Source: Chiloscyllium plagiosum
Lineage: Eukaryota
Reading direction: 5' to 3'
Length of the DNA: 64,000 nt
NCBI RefSeq assembly: GCF_004010195.1
Contig: NC_057713.1
Location: forward strand, 104,143,540 to 104,207,539
Made by a program: the position numbers and the translations under genes. The notes below the pieces were generated by a model. It worked only from the letters and a program-made list of their open reading frames with translations. It was not told the DNA's origin and did no database searches. Position 1 is the stretch's first letter; each line of letters begins with the position of its first letter. Below, in pieces: positions 26,185 to 37,552 of the stretch.

Positions 26185-26866
26185 CATATTAAGGTCCAGT
26201 AAATTTCTAGCAATGTCCTACTGGTGATTTGCCACAGAGTGCCACTCTGATAGGCAGATCTTCTTGCCTGCATGTGAATGAGGACTGAGCATATCTAAGT
26301 GACTTGATCAACATGGGCGGCACGGTGGCACAGTGGTTAGCACTGCTGCTTCACAGCGCCAGAGACCCGGGTTAATCTAATCTAATCTAATTTACCTAGA
26401 CCCTGCACAAACAGAATATTATTTAAAACTGAGGCTCACCCCTCAGCGAAAATCACTGCATGTAGATGTGTGAACATAAGAAAACAGGAGCAGGCAGAGG
26501 CCATTTGGTCTTTTGAGCCTGCTCTGAAATTGAATAAGATCTGCCTGATCTGATTGTGGCCTTAACTTCATTTTCCTGACTGCTTTATAACCTTTGACTT
26601 CCCTGGCAATCAAAATCTGTCTCACTCAGCCTTGAGTATATTCAATGACTCACACTGCTCACCGGTGAAGAAAATTCTAAGCACCAAACTCCTCAGAGAA
26701 AAAAATTTCCTCATCTCCATCTGAAATGAGAGATTCCATATTAAGGTCCAGTAAATTTCTAGCAATGTCCTACTGGTGATTTGCCACAGAGTGCCACTCT
26801 GATAGGCAGATCTTCTTGCCTGCATGTGAATGAGGACTGAGCATATCTAAGTGACTTGATCAACAT
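26185..26866 (+). repeat. Perfect 130-bp direct repeat (26185-26314 = 26737-26866)
   Basis: Base-by-base identical from catattaaggtccag to gacttgatcaacat, enclosing 422 bp. Confidence 0.97.
26315..26391 (+). mobile_element. Mini HE1 SINE: tRNA-like head fused to (TAATC)n tail
   Basis: gggcggcacggtggcacagtggttagcactgctgcttcacagcgccagagacccgggt directly followed by taatctaatctaatctaat. CpGs are retained. Confidence 0.85.
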
Positions 26867-27912
26867 CAGTCAAATCTGTTCTAGACTGTATTTGAGAACT
26901 AACATTGGATCACACTTTTAAAAAATGTTTGATAATGCTTAAAATGGCATAACTCTAAAAAACATTTAAATTATGCACTATCAACAATAAGCAAAACAAA
27001 ACATAATTTAACATGAGGACATCTTCATTCTAAAACTGAGTTGTATTTTGTAGAGTTTGTTATTAATCACAGCAATTCTATTCTCTGATCTGTTCCCACA
27101 CATTCATATAACAATTGATTTCTAAGCAATAACACAAGCTCAATAGTTCATTTCTAAATCATTGGCGTCAATATTGACACTCCCCACCACACAATAGGTT
27201 CAGTGGATTAAAGAGTAACATATAGGGAACCTGACCCCATATATCAGCCTTAACCACCATTTTCAAAAACAGTGAATTATGAGACTTTCTCAGGTCCCAC
27301 CATGAAGACAGAACACTCATCAGCATATTTCAAATGAGGCTTTTCCACAGAATTTGTGAGACAGAGGTAAATTTTCCAGCCATGTTGGTTATCACAACAG
27401 TGAAGTTAAATGGGGAACTGCAAGTTCCTTTTTTCTTTTACAATTCTTCAGACAAAGCAGAGAGGTTAGCCCAAGCCCTTCAAGGAATCTTTGTCTTTCT
27501 GATTCTAATCCTGAGCCTCTCTCCCCCGACTCAACTGCAAGATCTCCCTCACTCCTCACCCAAACCTAGGCCAGTTCCCACCCCATATCCCTCAAGCCTC
27601 CTTCATCCCTGATAGCAAGTTATTCTCTCCAGTCTTGATCACTGTCCTTTCTATTAAATCTCGATTGGGGCCTGCTAGCCCAACCCTAATCATTGGCTTC
27701 TCTAAGCTCCAGACTGTTATCCAAGTTCTTACTCAACAAGCCTTCTGTCACTCTTGTTATCCCTCCACCTAGCAACCAGCACTATTTCTCAAGTCTGGCA
27801 GGATCTTTGGTCATTTTCTGCCTTAACTGAAATCTCCAACTTTCCTCATAAATATCAGGGCTGTGTGTTTACTGGTGTCCAATATTAACCTAGTCATTTT
27901 CATTATGTCCAG

Positions 27913-28088
27913 TGTGCACAGTATTTCATCTACTGAAGTGAAACGGACAAATTTGAAAAATATACTGTCTGAAGGAAATTCTTCTATAAATTCTTCCCTG
28001 CTCGCTGTGGATATGAAGAGCTTTAAAAATATCTGGAGTGAAATATTGCAACAAAACCGTGAAAAATGGAAGGCATTGCATGCAAAGG
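27913..28088 (+). CDS. PDE1C: PDE1C-like coding exon, post-catalytic region
   Basis: gtccag| ... |gtaag. 176 nt, phase 2-1. Translates VHSISSTEVKRTNLKNILSEGNSSINSSLLAVDMKSFKNIWSEILQQNREKWKALHAK, which resembles PDE1C LNSISSSDAKR...VDYKSFKATW...NRERW as recalled. Confidence 0.88.
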
Positions 28089-29013
28089 GTAAGTAAATGG
28101 TGACTGTATATACTACTTACTCGGTGATATATCAAACCTAATTTGCTATCATATATAATATACAACAGAAGTACTGAGATACTTCAGGAGCAAATTACTG
28201 CAGATGCTAGCATCTGTACTGAAAGCAACAAATGCTAGAGATCACAGCAGGTCAGACAGCATTCATGGAGAGAGAGAGAGCAAGCTAAGGTTTCGAGTCT
28301 TCATCAGAGACATTGCTACAAACTGATTTCACACAGTTAACATTTCTTTTCACATTCAGGAGTTGCTGACTTCTGTCTATGGGCTTGCCAGCTCTGGTGA
28401 AGTCCTGAAAGTATTGGTATCAGTCAGTCAGTCCATCAGCAGTAGTGTCCATCTGTCCTACTGGTATTGAGCCAAGCATACACAAAGTTTTACAAATATT
28501 TTCTGTGAGTTATTCTGCCCAGCAGGGAGTGTGGATTTTGCCATCTTAATAGTCGAAGAAAGAAGTGGGCCACAGGAAAGATTTCGATTTTGCCAATCCC
28601 ACCAGGAGAAAACAGCATTGAAAATGTGTCATTTTTGGCTCCTCCTGGTCCTGATTAGTTTCCTTGCTGCATTGGCTTGCCTCAAGCCACATAGTTAAAA
28701 GCTGCATTTCAATTCGATTCAGGATCCAACATGTATATGTTAATAGGGATACTGTCGGCTTTGGGAGCAGCTCCTTGTTGCCTGCTCGATTAAGCAGGAT
28801 GCAATTATGACAGAGCAGCCTTTGACAGTCCTAATATGTGTAAATCAGCAAGGAGGTTTTAATTACCACTGACCCGTTTGGGTTTTACCCAGGAATAGGA
28901 CCGATTTGTCCTCAAGAAGAAGAGATTTCATATTTTACAAACCAGCTGGGCTGAGAAGACGACAAGCTGGGAGATTGCCACACTGGGCCGAGAGATCGCC
29001 ATGATAGGTCTGT

Positions 29014-29106
29014 GCTGAGGTCGAGTCAGGGCTGGGGCCGGGAGTTTGAGTCCAGGCTGAGGCCGGGGGCTCGAGTCCAGGCTGAGGCCGGAAGTGCGAG
29101 TCCGCG
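29014..29106. repeat. GC-rich minisatellite, ~25-bp unit, ~3.5 copies
   Basis: Unit gctgaggccgg(ggg/gag/aag)nnncgagtccag repeated imperfectly. Confidence 0.8.
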
Positions 29107-29497
29107 TACTTCAATGCATTGCCTTCTGTCCAACTTGCCTTCACATTCAGCAACCTCCACACTTGTACCAAAGTTGCCTTGCCAGACTCTCAGAGAACTG
29201 AGGACCCACAGAATCAAAATGGTTACATTCTCTCATGATTTTTTTCAGGATTGGGCATTGTTCCACCTCTGCACCTGACCTGCTACCAGAAACTAGGACC
29301 AAATCTCCACAGAAACACTGAATGACAGCAGTCAATGAAAGTTACACAATTTTACCTGAGATAGATAATTTGCCTGGAGATAGCAGCAAAGTAGAATTCC
29401 CACCCACCCCATTTCTGATGCCACTACAACAAACTTTAGTGCTCTTTGATTGTGACACAGTGGAAAAAGACTTTCAGTTTATTATACTAATTCACTG

Positions 29498-30105
29498 TGT
29501 CATGAACCAGACCAAATCCCCTTCAAATATATTGAGGAGATAGCCAAGACCCTAACTTTTATCCTATTTAAAGGCAAGTATAGGTGCTATGTTCCAGAAA
29601 TAATTTGATTAGTTACGTTACTCAGCTTTAAGCAAAACATACTTTATTCTTTCCTTACAGTTAAAATACAAACAAAGGAAAGAAGCATTGGTAAAGCTTT
29701 AATTCTTGGAAAATTTAACAGAATATTAGATTATTTAACTACTAAATAGTAACTGTTCCAAATTAGTAACATCCCGTAAACACATCTTTCCCAAAGGCAA
29801 GTTCCAAAAAATAGATTGTCTCACGTGCAATTCTGGCAGCAGAAAGAGAAAATCCTGGTCAGGAGAGAAGAGCCAACTTCATAACACCAATAATTACTAA
29901 ATGCTAAACTAAAATCCCGGTTCTGTGGGAGCCTGGCCCCACCCATTCATGCTGCTTCTATTGTTAAAACCTTTAAAAAATAAAAGATCTCACAAGCTGC
30001 TTACTTTATTGGCTTGAAATACACAGCTCATCGCTTCTGTCATAAAATCTTCCTTCAAAAAAATACAGGACAAAATTAACCTCTTAAAGGGATAGTATCA
30101 TCACA
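29498..30105 (-). mobile_element. Solo LTR related to the Gypsy LTR family at 35207/40706
   Basis: TG...CA ends and a perfect 4-bp TSD ACTG (29494-29497 and 30106-30109). The reverse complement shares cctttaagagg and cctttaaatag...aaagttagggtc with the Gypsy LTRs. Confidence 0.88.
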
Positions 30106-30280
30106 ACTGAGACAAAATTTCTTAACATGAACCTACAAAGAGTTTGAGAAATGTAGGAAGAAAGGTACAGAATAAATGTATGCAATTGTAACTTAATGGC
30201 TAAAATAAGTTAATATTTGAGAAGTAATTAATGTTCACAAATACTCTAACAATGCCACGATGTTTTGTTTGTTTTATTAG

Positions 30281-30526
30281 ATACTGAAGAAAAAAACAGA
30301 AAAGAAGGTGAAGAAAAAGAAAGAGCAGAAGCCCAGGCAGTACTCGAGAAGAAAGAGCGTCGCTTTCTCAGAGAACAAATGGTGCCACAGGAAAAAGACA
30401 ATGAAGAAAACAAAAAAGATCATAGAACGACTTTCATCTCGACTCCTAAGAAGGATGTAAGCTTTTGGAAAACTGAGAAAGGAACTGGCACTGTATCAGA
30501 AGGCAGAGCACGGCTTATGCAGAATG
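30281..30526 (+). CDS. PDE1C: PDE1C-like coding exon, charged C-terminal extension
   Basis: gttttattag| ... |gtgag. 246 nt, phase 1-1. Translates (D)TEEKNRKEGEEKERAEAQ...RARLMQN, paralleling the PDE1C exon EEKAKKEAEEKAR...QQQNG. Confidence 0.85.
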
Positions 30527-31904
30527 GTGAGTCACAGCTTCTTTACATTTGCATGATCAAATCTGAGATTTTTGTACTTCCAGCCTCTTAGCACAGACTT
30601 TTACAATGCAGCAGCAAGTCATTCGGCCCATTACATTTACACCTGCTGTGAGATGGCTGGATAATTAGTGCCTACCACTCTGCTCTTTCCCACTATTTCA
30701 ATGTTTCAGGTATTCGAATCAGTGAACTTTTGATATGCATGAATGACCTGGACTGTAGGTGGCCTTTCTTAAACTCTCCAAATTACAAAATGGAAATATA
30801 ATAAAGAATGAGAAGGATAATCACAGTCCTCAGGAGGACGTAAATTGGTGAAATGTTCAGACACTTGGCTGATGCAATTTAAAGCAGATTAACATTCAAT
30901 CAACCTCTATTCTTCCCTGCCTCACAACAGCATGTTTAAAGAAAGCACAAGATATTTGATGGAGTATCTAATTAAACAGAATTTATTGATTATGTATGTC
31001 TGATTGGTCCAACTAAATAAGGAAGGTTGGATTATATGGAGCTTGTAAGCGCAGCGTGTGGGTGACTGAATTTGGTGGGATGTGAGATTTTCATTTCTGA
31101 CAGCAGGTTGAGAGGCAGAGATTAAACTTGCAGTGTTTTTGTAATGTGTTGGGCCTCATGCTGTTCTATGGTAGATTTGTACTTGTAATACATTGCAATG
31201 CCATGAATACTTATTAACTTTTCTTTTCAATTATGCCACACAGTCAAGGTAATGTCAGCAGTGAATGAGGCACCTAGGTCACCTTAGTGTACAAGTGTGT
31301 AATTGTGCAGGTTTGTCTGAGGTTAGCAGTCTGCCTTGTTGAACTCTGTGGCACATGGAAGCAGGTGTGGGAGCAGACAAAGAGCAGCTTGCATGGAGAC
31401 TCAGGACTGGAAAGGGCAAGTCTTTAGTGAGCAAGGCTTAAGTGAAAGGAAAGGGTTGGGGTTCAGGACAGTGGAAGAGTGGAAAGGAAAGCCAAGGAAA
31501 CACAATGCCATGATATTGCATATATCTATGATCAAATAAGTATGCACATTTAAGAGAATCAAGTCATAAGCATATGAATTATGACCAGAGTGAGACACTT
31601 GGCCTCACAATGATGTTCTGCCACTAAGATCACAGCTGATCTGATTACTTCACATTTCTGCCTATTCTCTACAATATTCCTTCTCCATGTTTATGAAGAC
31701 TCCATCTACCTCTACCTTAAAAACGTTGTTCAAGGACTCTTCATCCACCACCTTCTGAGACAAAAGGTTCAAAAACTCAGCGTAGTCCTGCAAGAATTTC
31801 ATTGAAGGAAATAAATCTGCCATCCTTCCATGATCTGGCCTATCTGTAACTCAAGGCACACAGTGATGTGGTTGACTTTTAACTGCCTTCTGAAAGGGCC
31901 TGAT

Positions 31905-32150
31905 TAGAGACAAAACAAACTGCAAATGCTGGAATCCAAATGGACAGGCAGGAAGCTGGAAGAACACAGCACGCCAGGTAGCATCAGGAGATGGAGAAAT
32001 TCCACCTTTCCCCCACCAACCCCTTTATCTGTAGCTCCCCCTACACCCAACCCCAATCCCAAGAATGGTTACATCCGAAATGTCGACCTCTCCACCTCCT
32101 GATGCAGCCTGGCTTGCTGTATTCTTCCAGCCTCCTGCTTGTCTATTCTG
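31905..32150. mobile_element. Penelope-like terminal repeat fragments in inverted arrangement
   Basis: gacaggcaggaagctggaagaacacagca ... tgctgtattcttccagcctcctgcttgtc form an imperfect inverted pair. Confidence 0.6.
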
Positions 32151-32721
32151 AAAGGGCTTGGCAAGTTACCCAGTTGCATCAAGCTGCTATGAATTTAGAA
32201 ATGAAGGATTGAAACAAAATGAGTCACTTGCATCAACCTAGGCACAGGAAATGAAGACAGCAAATACAGAAGATTGATCCTGCAAAGTCCACATTACTAA
32301 CATTTAGGGGCTTGCACCAAAATTGGGAGAGCTGTTGCATGGACTGTTCAAGGAACAGCCTGCCATTGTAATTTTCATGAAATCATATACTACAATGTCC
32401 CAGACTTCACAATCACCACCTCTAATACTGTTATGACTCCACCATGTAGCACAGTGATATATTGTTGGGAAGGAAGTTACCTCAGAATTATTGACTCTGG
32501 ACCCCATTAAATATTGTGGCATCAGGTCAAACAAGACAGGGAAACCTTATGCTCATTGCTACTTACTGCTCACAGTATGTCCTGTGCACAAAAAGCAGGA
32601 CAAATCCAATCTGGCCAATTACTGCTGTTGGTGCTGAATTGTTAATTTTTTCAATGCAATCTTCCAATTTTGGAATGAAATTGGTTTTGTTACCATGTTC
32701 ATTTGCAATAGTCAATACAAA

Positions 32722-33030
32722 GGACAGCACGGTGGCTCGGTGATTAGCACTGCTGCCTCACAGCACCAGCGTCCAAGGTTTGATTCCAGCCTTGGCGACT
32801 GTCTGTGTGGAGTTTGCACATTCTCCCCGTGTCTGCGTGGGTTTCTTCCCGGTGCTCCAGTTTCCTCCCACAGTCCAAATATGTGCAGGTCAGGTAAATT
32901 GGCCATGCTAAATTGCCCATAGTGTTAGTTGCATTAGTCAGTTGGGAATGGGTGGGTTATTCTTCGCAAGGTCGGTGTGTACTGGTTGGGCCGAAGGTCC
33001 TTGTTCCACACTGTAGGGAATCTAACCTAA
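32722..33030 (+). mobile_element. HE1-type V-SINE, near full length
   Basis: Head, V core ggagtttgcacattctccccgtgtctgcgtggg, and tail ccacactgtagggaatctaa. Confidence 0.9.
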
Positions 33031-33499
33031 AAGCTTTGTGACTTGTCTGTTTCCAGCACCATTAGGATAAGTGAGTTCCAGCTAATACAACTCAAGCCAC
33101 TTCATGAATTTAAGGCAAAATCTTACATGGAGCTGAACAATGTGAGTTATGGTGGAATGTGAGGCAGACTCAGATGGTGAAATAGGTCTCGCTCCATCTT
33201 TTATGTTTGACAAAGTGGCATGAGCCAATTAAGGGAACTTATTGTTTCTTAAGTGCCATGTTAACAACCCAACTTTACTAATTAATATTCAGCTTCTTAT
33301 ACATAATGTGCCAAGCAAGCTAAATGTTGAAAAAAACTCAGCATAAAATCAGAGTGGATGCCTGATGGATTTAGTTCACCGCTTATTCCAATGGATCTCC
33401 ACGTTGTGTAGGACCAAAAAACATGGGCAACAGCCATATATGCCCTTCATCCATGGACATTAACATCTAGCATTTGCCAACCTGTCAACAGTATTATGG

Positions 33500-34080
33500 C
33501 CCCTCTCCAATTATTTGCAGAATTCTCAAGAAGCATAGACTTACATATGCATAGCACACAGGCAACTGGTATTGAAAGATTGTAGCAGGGATAACATGCA
33601 CAGGGACTGATACCCAATCATGGATTAGACCAGGTGGTATCTCAGGCTTGCTCACTTGCTCTTCCAGTGCTCATTTCCTTCGCACCCACCAACATGCCCG
33701 CACCATCAGTGCTTTACGTCATATTGTCTTGCCGTGCCAATAAATGACAGTGCATGAAAAGGAAGCTTGTCTTGCTGGTCGGTATTCCTCAGGTAAAGGA
33801 CTGTAGATCTTTCTGTATGGCAGTGCACTATGTTAATCGCACACCATGTGCCAGCTGTTAATGGAGCAAACGCAATGTGCAGCAAGCAGGCAGCCATGTC
33901 TCAAAGTCTTAGGGAAGCAACCTCTGCTGAAGTCCATGGTGGTGGCCTTCAGTCAGGTGGCACAATTCGTCAAGTGCAGCCTTTTGTACCAGTCCAGGGG
34001 ATTCGCTACAGTCAGACACCTGGTCACTCTGTTCTAGGTCAGGGAGTCTGTACTTTCTCAGGGAGTGGGTCATGGCCAGC
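33500..34080 (-). mobile_element. Possible highly decayed PIF/Harbinger transposase remnant
   Basis: Minus-strand peptides KAALDELCHL and AGTWCAINIVH...FHALS weakly recall HARBI1-type ELCHLL and GAIDCTH...GFHS. Confidence 0.28.
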
Positions 34081-35206
34081 TCTTTGACTCCATAGTACAA
34101 GGAGGTTAGAGTAACATAGTCATAGTAATATATAAATACCAGTGGTTTGGGAATTTTTTGCCCTGGGGTGTCCATTTAGGTTGCTTCAAGTGCTGTGACA
34201 CAGCCCTCCCTATGGCTTTGTCCATAGAAACTGAAGGGAAATGTAATTAATGTTGGTGGTGGTTTATGGGTTGGGGTGATTTGGGGGCCATCGCCACAGG
34301 ACATAAACACAGCAAGCTATTCCTCACAACTGGGGATTGTAGGCTGGGAGAAGCAGGGATAACAGTTGTGGAAAGAGGCAACAATGTCTAGATGGGGGAT
34401 GCAGTAAATCATGGAGGAGAAGGGGTCATGTGATAGGGAGCTTGACCATGGTGCACCTTGGCTTCAGGGAGAACAGAGTTAATGTATGGCCACATCTGTA
34501 TGATCACCACATCTGTCAGCAACTGGGCAGGAAAGGTAGGCAGGTACAGGCTCATTTAGATAGGTTGATTGTAGACCTGGGGTGGTGTGAGGCCAATTGG
34601 GCATTACAGGTTTGGGCTGCCAGGGAAGAGATTTGGATGTTTGTGTCTCAACAACATGCAGAGGCTGAAAGCCACTGGTTGAAGAGTGTTACTGTCACCT
34701 TCCATTATGCTGGAAATCACAATGGGGAAGAAAATGGGCCACATCCACACTCAGACTGGGTAGTGTGTCTCATCCTGAGGGAGATAAGGTAGCAGGACCT
34801 ACAGATATTCGAGCTTTTAAAGGGAAAGGATATTATACACAGACCCATTCATTGTACAGAACACAGACCGGTGGGTTCCCAAATCCCTGGCCAGCCTAAT
34901 GTATTGCTGTGCACCTTGCTGATGCAGACATTACTGACCATCTCATTCATGCAAACACATTTGGACACAGAGGCTGAGGAAGGAAAGGGATACTGGAGGA
35001 CAAGAGGCAATGATGTCAGCAGCACTCACTGTCTTGTCTACACCTTGTTTCTCTTGCTTCGGCATGCTGCAGCAGGCTAAAACCAGATATCTATCTATGG
35101 TACATCCTATGAGGACATGAAGTTAAGCCTCATTGTGGAATGATTATCTTCAGCACTGTAGAAAGACAAAAAGCAAGCTTTCAGATCAAAGCTGTGCCAC
35201 CTATTA

Positions 35207-35531
35207 TGTGATGAGATATGCCTTTAAGAGGGATTTGTTTTGTTCTTTTTCTCTTGAAAACAAGTGCTGTAAAGCTGGCGCTGAGGTGTCTGCTCCAGGT
35301 AAAGCTTTGGGTTTCTATTAAAAGAAAAAAGAAGCATGAGTGGGTGGAGTCAGATGCACATAGACCCAGGGCTTTAGTTTTGCTTTTGCTTGTTGAAGTT
35401 TGGTTTTGGAATGACTAATTGAATCGCATCTTGGATACCAGCACCTTACACTTGCCTTTAAATAAGTTAAAAGTTAGAGTCTAGGCTATCTCTGTGATAT
35501 GATTTGGGGGCATTCGGTCTGTTCCATGGCA
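35207..35531 (+). repeat. 5' LTR (internally deleted)
   Basis: Starts tgtgatgagatatg and ends ...ccatggca. Aligns to both ends of 40706-41347 but lacks about 300 bp of the middle. Confidence 0.8.
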
Positions 35532-35534
35532 AAT

Positions 35535-35552
35535 TGGGGGCTCATCTGAGAC
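35535..35552 (+). promoter_or_regulatory. Primer-binding site, tRNA-Pro type (degenerate)
   Basis: TGGGGGCTCATCTGAGAC versus canonical PBS-Pro TGGGGGCTCGTCCGGGAT (14/18), located 3 nt after the 5' LTR. Confidence 0.75.
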
Positions 35553-37206
35553 CAAAGTCTCTACTTCCTGGTTGGTTCAGGATTATTGGACTCAAAGAAA
35601 GTGAATGGTGAGTGTTGGCGTTCTCTTTTCAGTTGTTGCATTCGGTTGGTTCAAATATGGTGTGCTCCTATAATAATGGCTCTTTTAGAGGCGGAGAATT
35701 TCCTGGGTGTGAGAAAAACCACTTGGGGTGGTTGACAGAAGGTGAGTAAGACAAAGCTTGTGGAACTGGCAGTCAAGCTGAGGTTGAGGCTATCTGTGAA
35801 GAAAGGGGAAATAATTGCAGTGATAGCTCAGCATTTATAATTGCCAAAAATGCAATTGGAGTAATTGGAGATGCTAAAATTTGATTACAAATGAAAAAGA
35901 GCTTGAATGCCAAAAGGAAATGAAACAGTTTGAGTTATTATTGAATGCTAAAGAAAAAAAAATAGGTCTAGCAGAATAAAGGAATAAAAAGAGGCAAGAA
36001 AGGGATAAAGAGAAGAACAGGAGAAAGAGAACTTATGAACTTCGGGGAAGTTGGAACTGAAAAGTTAACATTGACTTCAAATGACGGAAGTGCAAGTGAA
36101 AGATGGGATTAGTGATTAGGACAGTGATGGAGACGAAGTACATTGTAGCCAAAAGTTATCTGGGGATCTATTTAAATATGTCCAAACATTACCAAAGTTC
36201 AACGAGAAGGAAGTAGAAGCCTTTTTTCATTTCACTTGAGAAAGTGGCTAAACAAATGAAATGGCCACCAGCCATGTGGGTATTGTTGATCCAAACAAAA
36301 TTGTTTGGTAGGGCTAGTGAGGTATTTGCATCTCTATCAAAGGAGGTATCTGGGGAGTATGATGAAAATAGATCAAGCATATGATGCTCTGAGAGAGATG
36401 ATTATTTTGGAGGAGTTCAAAAGTTCACTTCCTGAAGTAGTGAGAACTCCTGTGGAAGTGTAGACAGTTAAAACTGCAAGATAAGCAGGAGAGTTGACAG
36501 TTGATTATAAGTTGGTTCATAAATCAAATTTTGGCTTCCACAATAAATTTTAATCTATGAGGGATAGAAATTGGGGAAAAGAGGAATCCTCAGGTTGTAA
36601 GGGAAAAGGAGATCTCATTTAAGGTAGCAAAGATAGTTTACCACAGGTAAATCAATGAGGGGGAAGAGAAGTAAAAAAAAACTCGGGTGTTCTCATTGTG
36701 ATGAAGTAGGCCGCATAAAGTCGCAGTGTTGGTAGTTTATAAAAAGCACTAGGAAGATGGATGTGGGAAAATAGAATAAGCCAGTGTGTTTTGTTAAAGA
36801 GGCAAAGAAAAGCACAGGGGAAGTTAAAAAAGCTACAAAAATATGTCCAACACAGCCAGAGGTTGGTGTTAAGAAAGTGCCAGATCTCTTTAAAGCATTT
36901 ACTTGCGTGGTTAAGGTTTATTCATGTATACAGAAGGCGTAGGTAAAGAAATTAAGATTTTAAGAAATATGGGGGCAAGTCAATCTTTGATGGAGAGAGA
37001 TGAGGAGTTATGTAATTCAAAAGGAGTATTGTCAGGAAAGGTAGTAATAAGTGGAATTCATGCTGAGAAGGGCAGTGTTCCATTATATAAATTAACGTTG
37101 GAGAGTCTGGTGAAAAATGTGAATTGATGGTAGGAATAACAGAGAAATTCTCTGTTCTGGAGATACAATTTATTCTTGGTAATGATATAGCTGGATCACA
37201 GGTGGC

Positions 37207-37552
37207 AGCATCAGGATACTGGACTTTAATAATATAGTGACAGTCAGGGGCAGGGCACCATTTTAACAGTTGATTGCACTCTACAAAACCGTTGGTTATT
37301 AAATGCTGGTACTTCAACATGATCTCAGAATCTGTGATCAAATGTATATCTGTGTTTTTCATCAACCAGGATATCACAGCCGTGAGCTGGGCATGATAAA
37401 TTCTGCCCCATACCTTTTTCTATGATCTTCATAGTTAAGTATTCATTCCAGCACTGTACAGAATTTGTGACCACATTCTCAGTCTGTGAAGTACTCAATG
37501 ACCTCATTAACCCCCTGGATACACTCCAACATGTGTTAGATGATCTGGTCTA
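37207..37552 (-). pseudogene. ARIH1: Processed (intronless) ARIH1/ariadne-1 RBR E3 ligase fragment inserted in a Gypsy element
   Basis: Minus strand reads [107 protein letters not shown]. This matches ARIH1 RING1-IBR, with stops and frameshifts and no introns. Confidence 0.92.

Noticed and set aside
26315-26371. tRNA gene-like sequences at SINE heads (also 4976, 32722, 43223, 18997)
   Set aside because: These are SINE 5' regions continuing into core or tail sequence, with no complete cloverleaf.
29014-29106. CRISPR-like repeat array
   Set aside because: Contiguous tandem units without unique spacers, in a vertebrate context with no cas genes.
30265-30591. Standalone 108-aa ORF (likewise ORFs at 14691, 17799, 27863)
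   Set aside because: These are PDE1 exons read through into introns. Their starts and stops are intronic.
36952-37377. 141-aa minus-strand ORF as a functional chimeric gene
   Set aside because: An ARIH1 fragment reading through into antisense Gypsy sequence. The adjacent ARIH1 part has stops and frameshifts, and there is no promoter or splice evidence.
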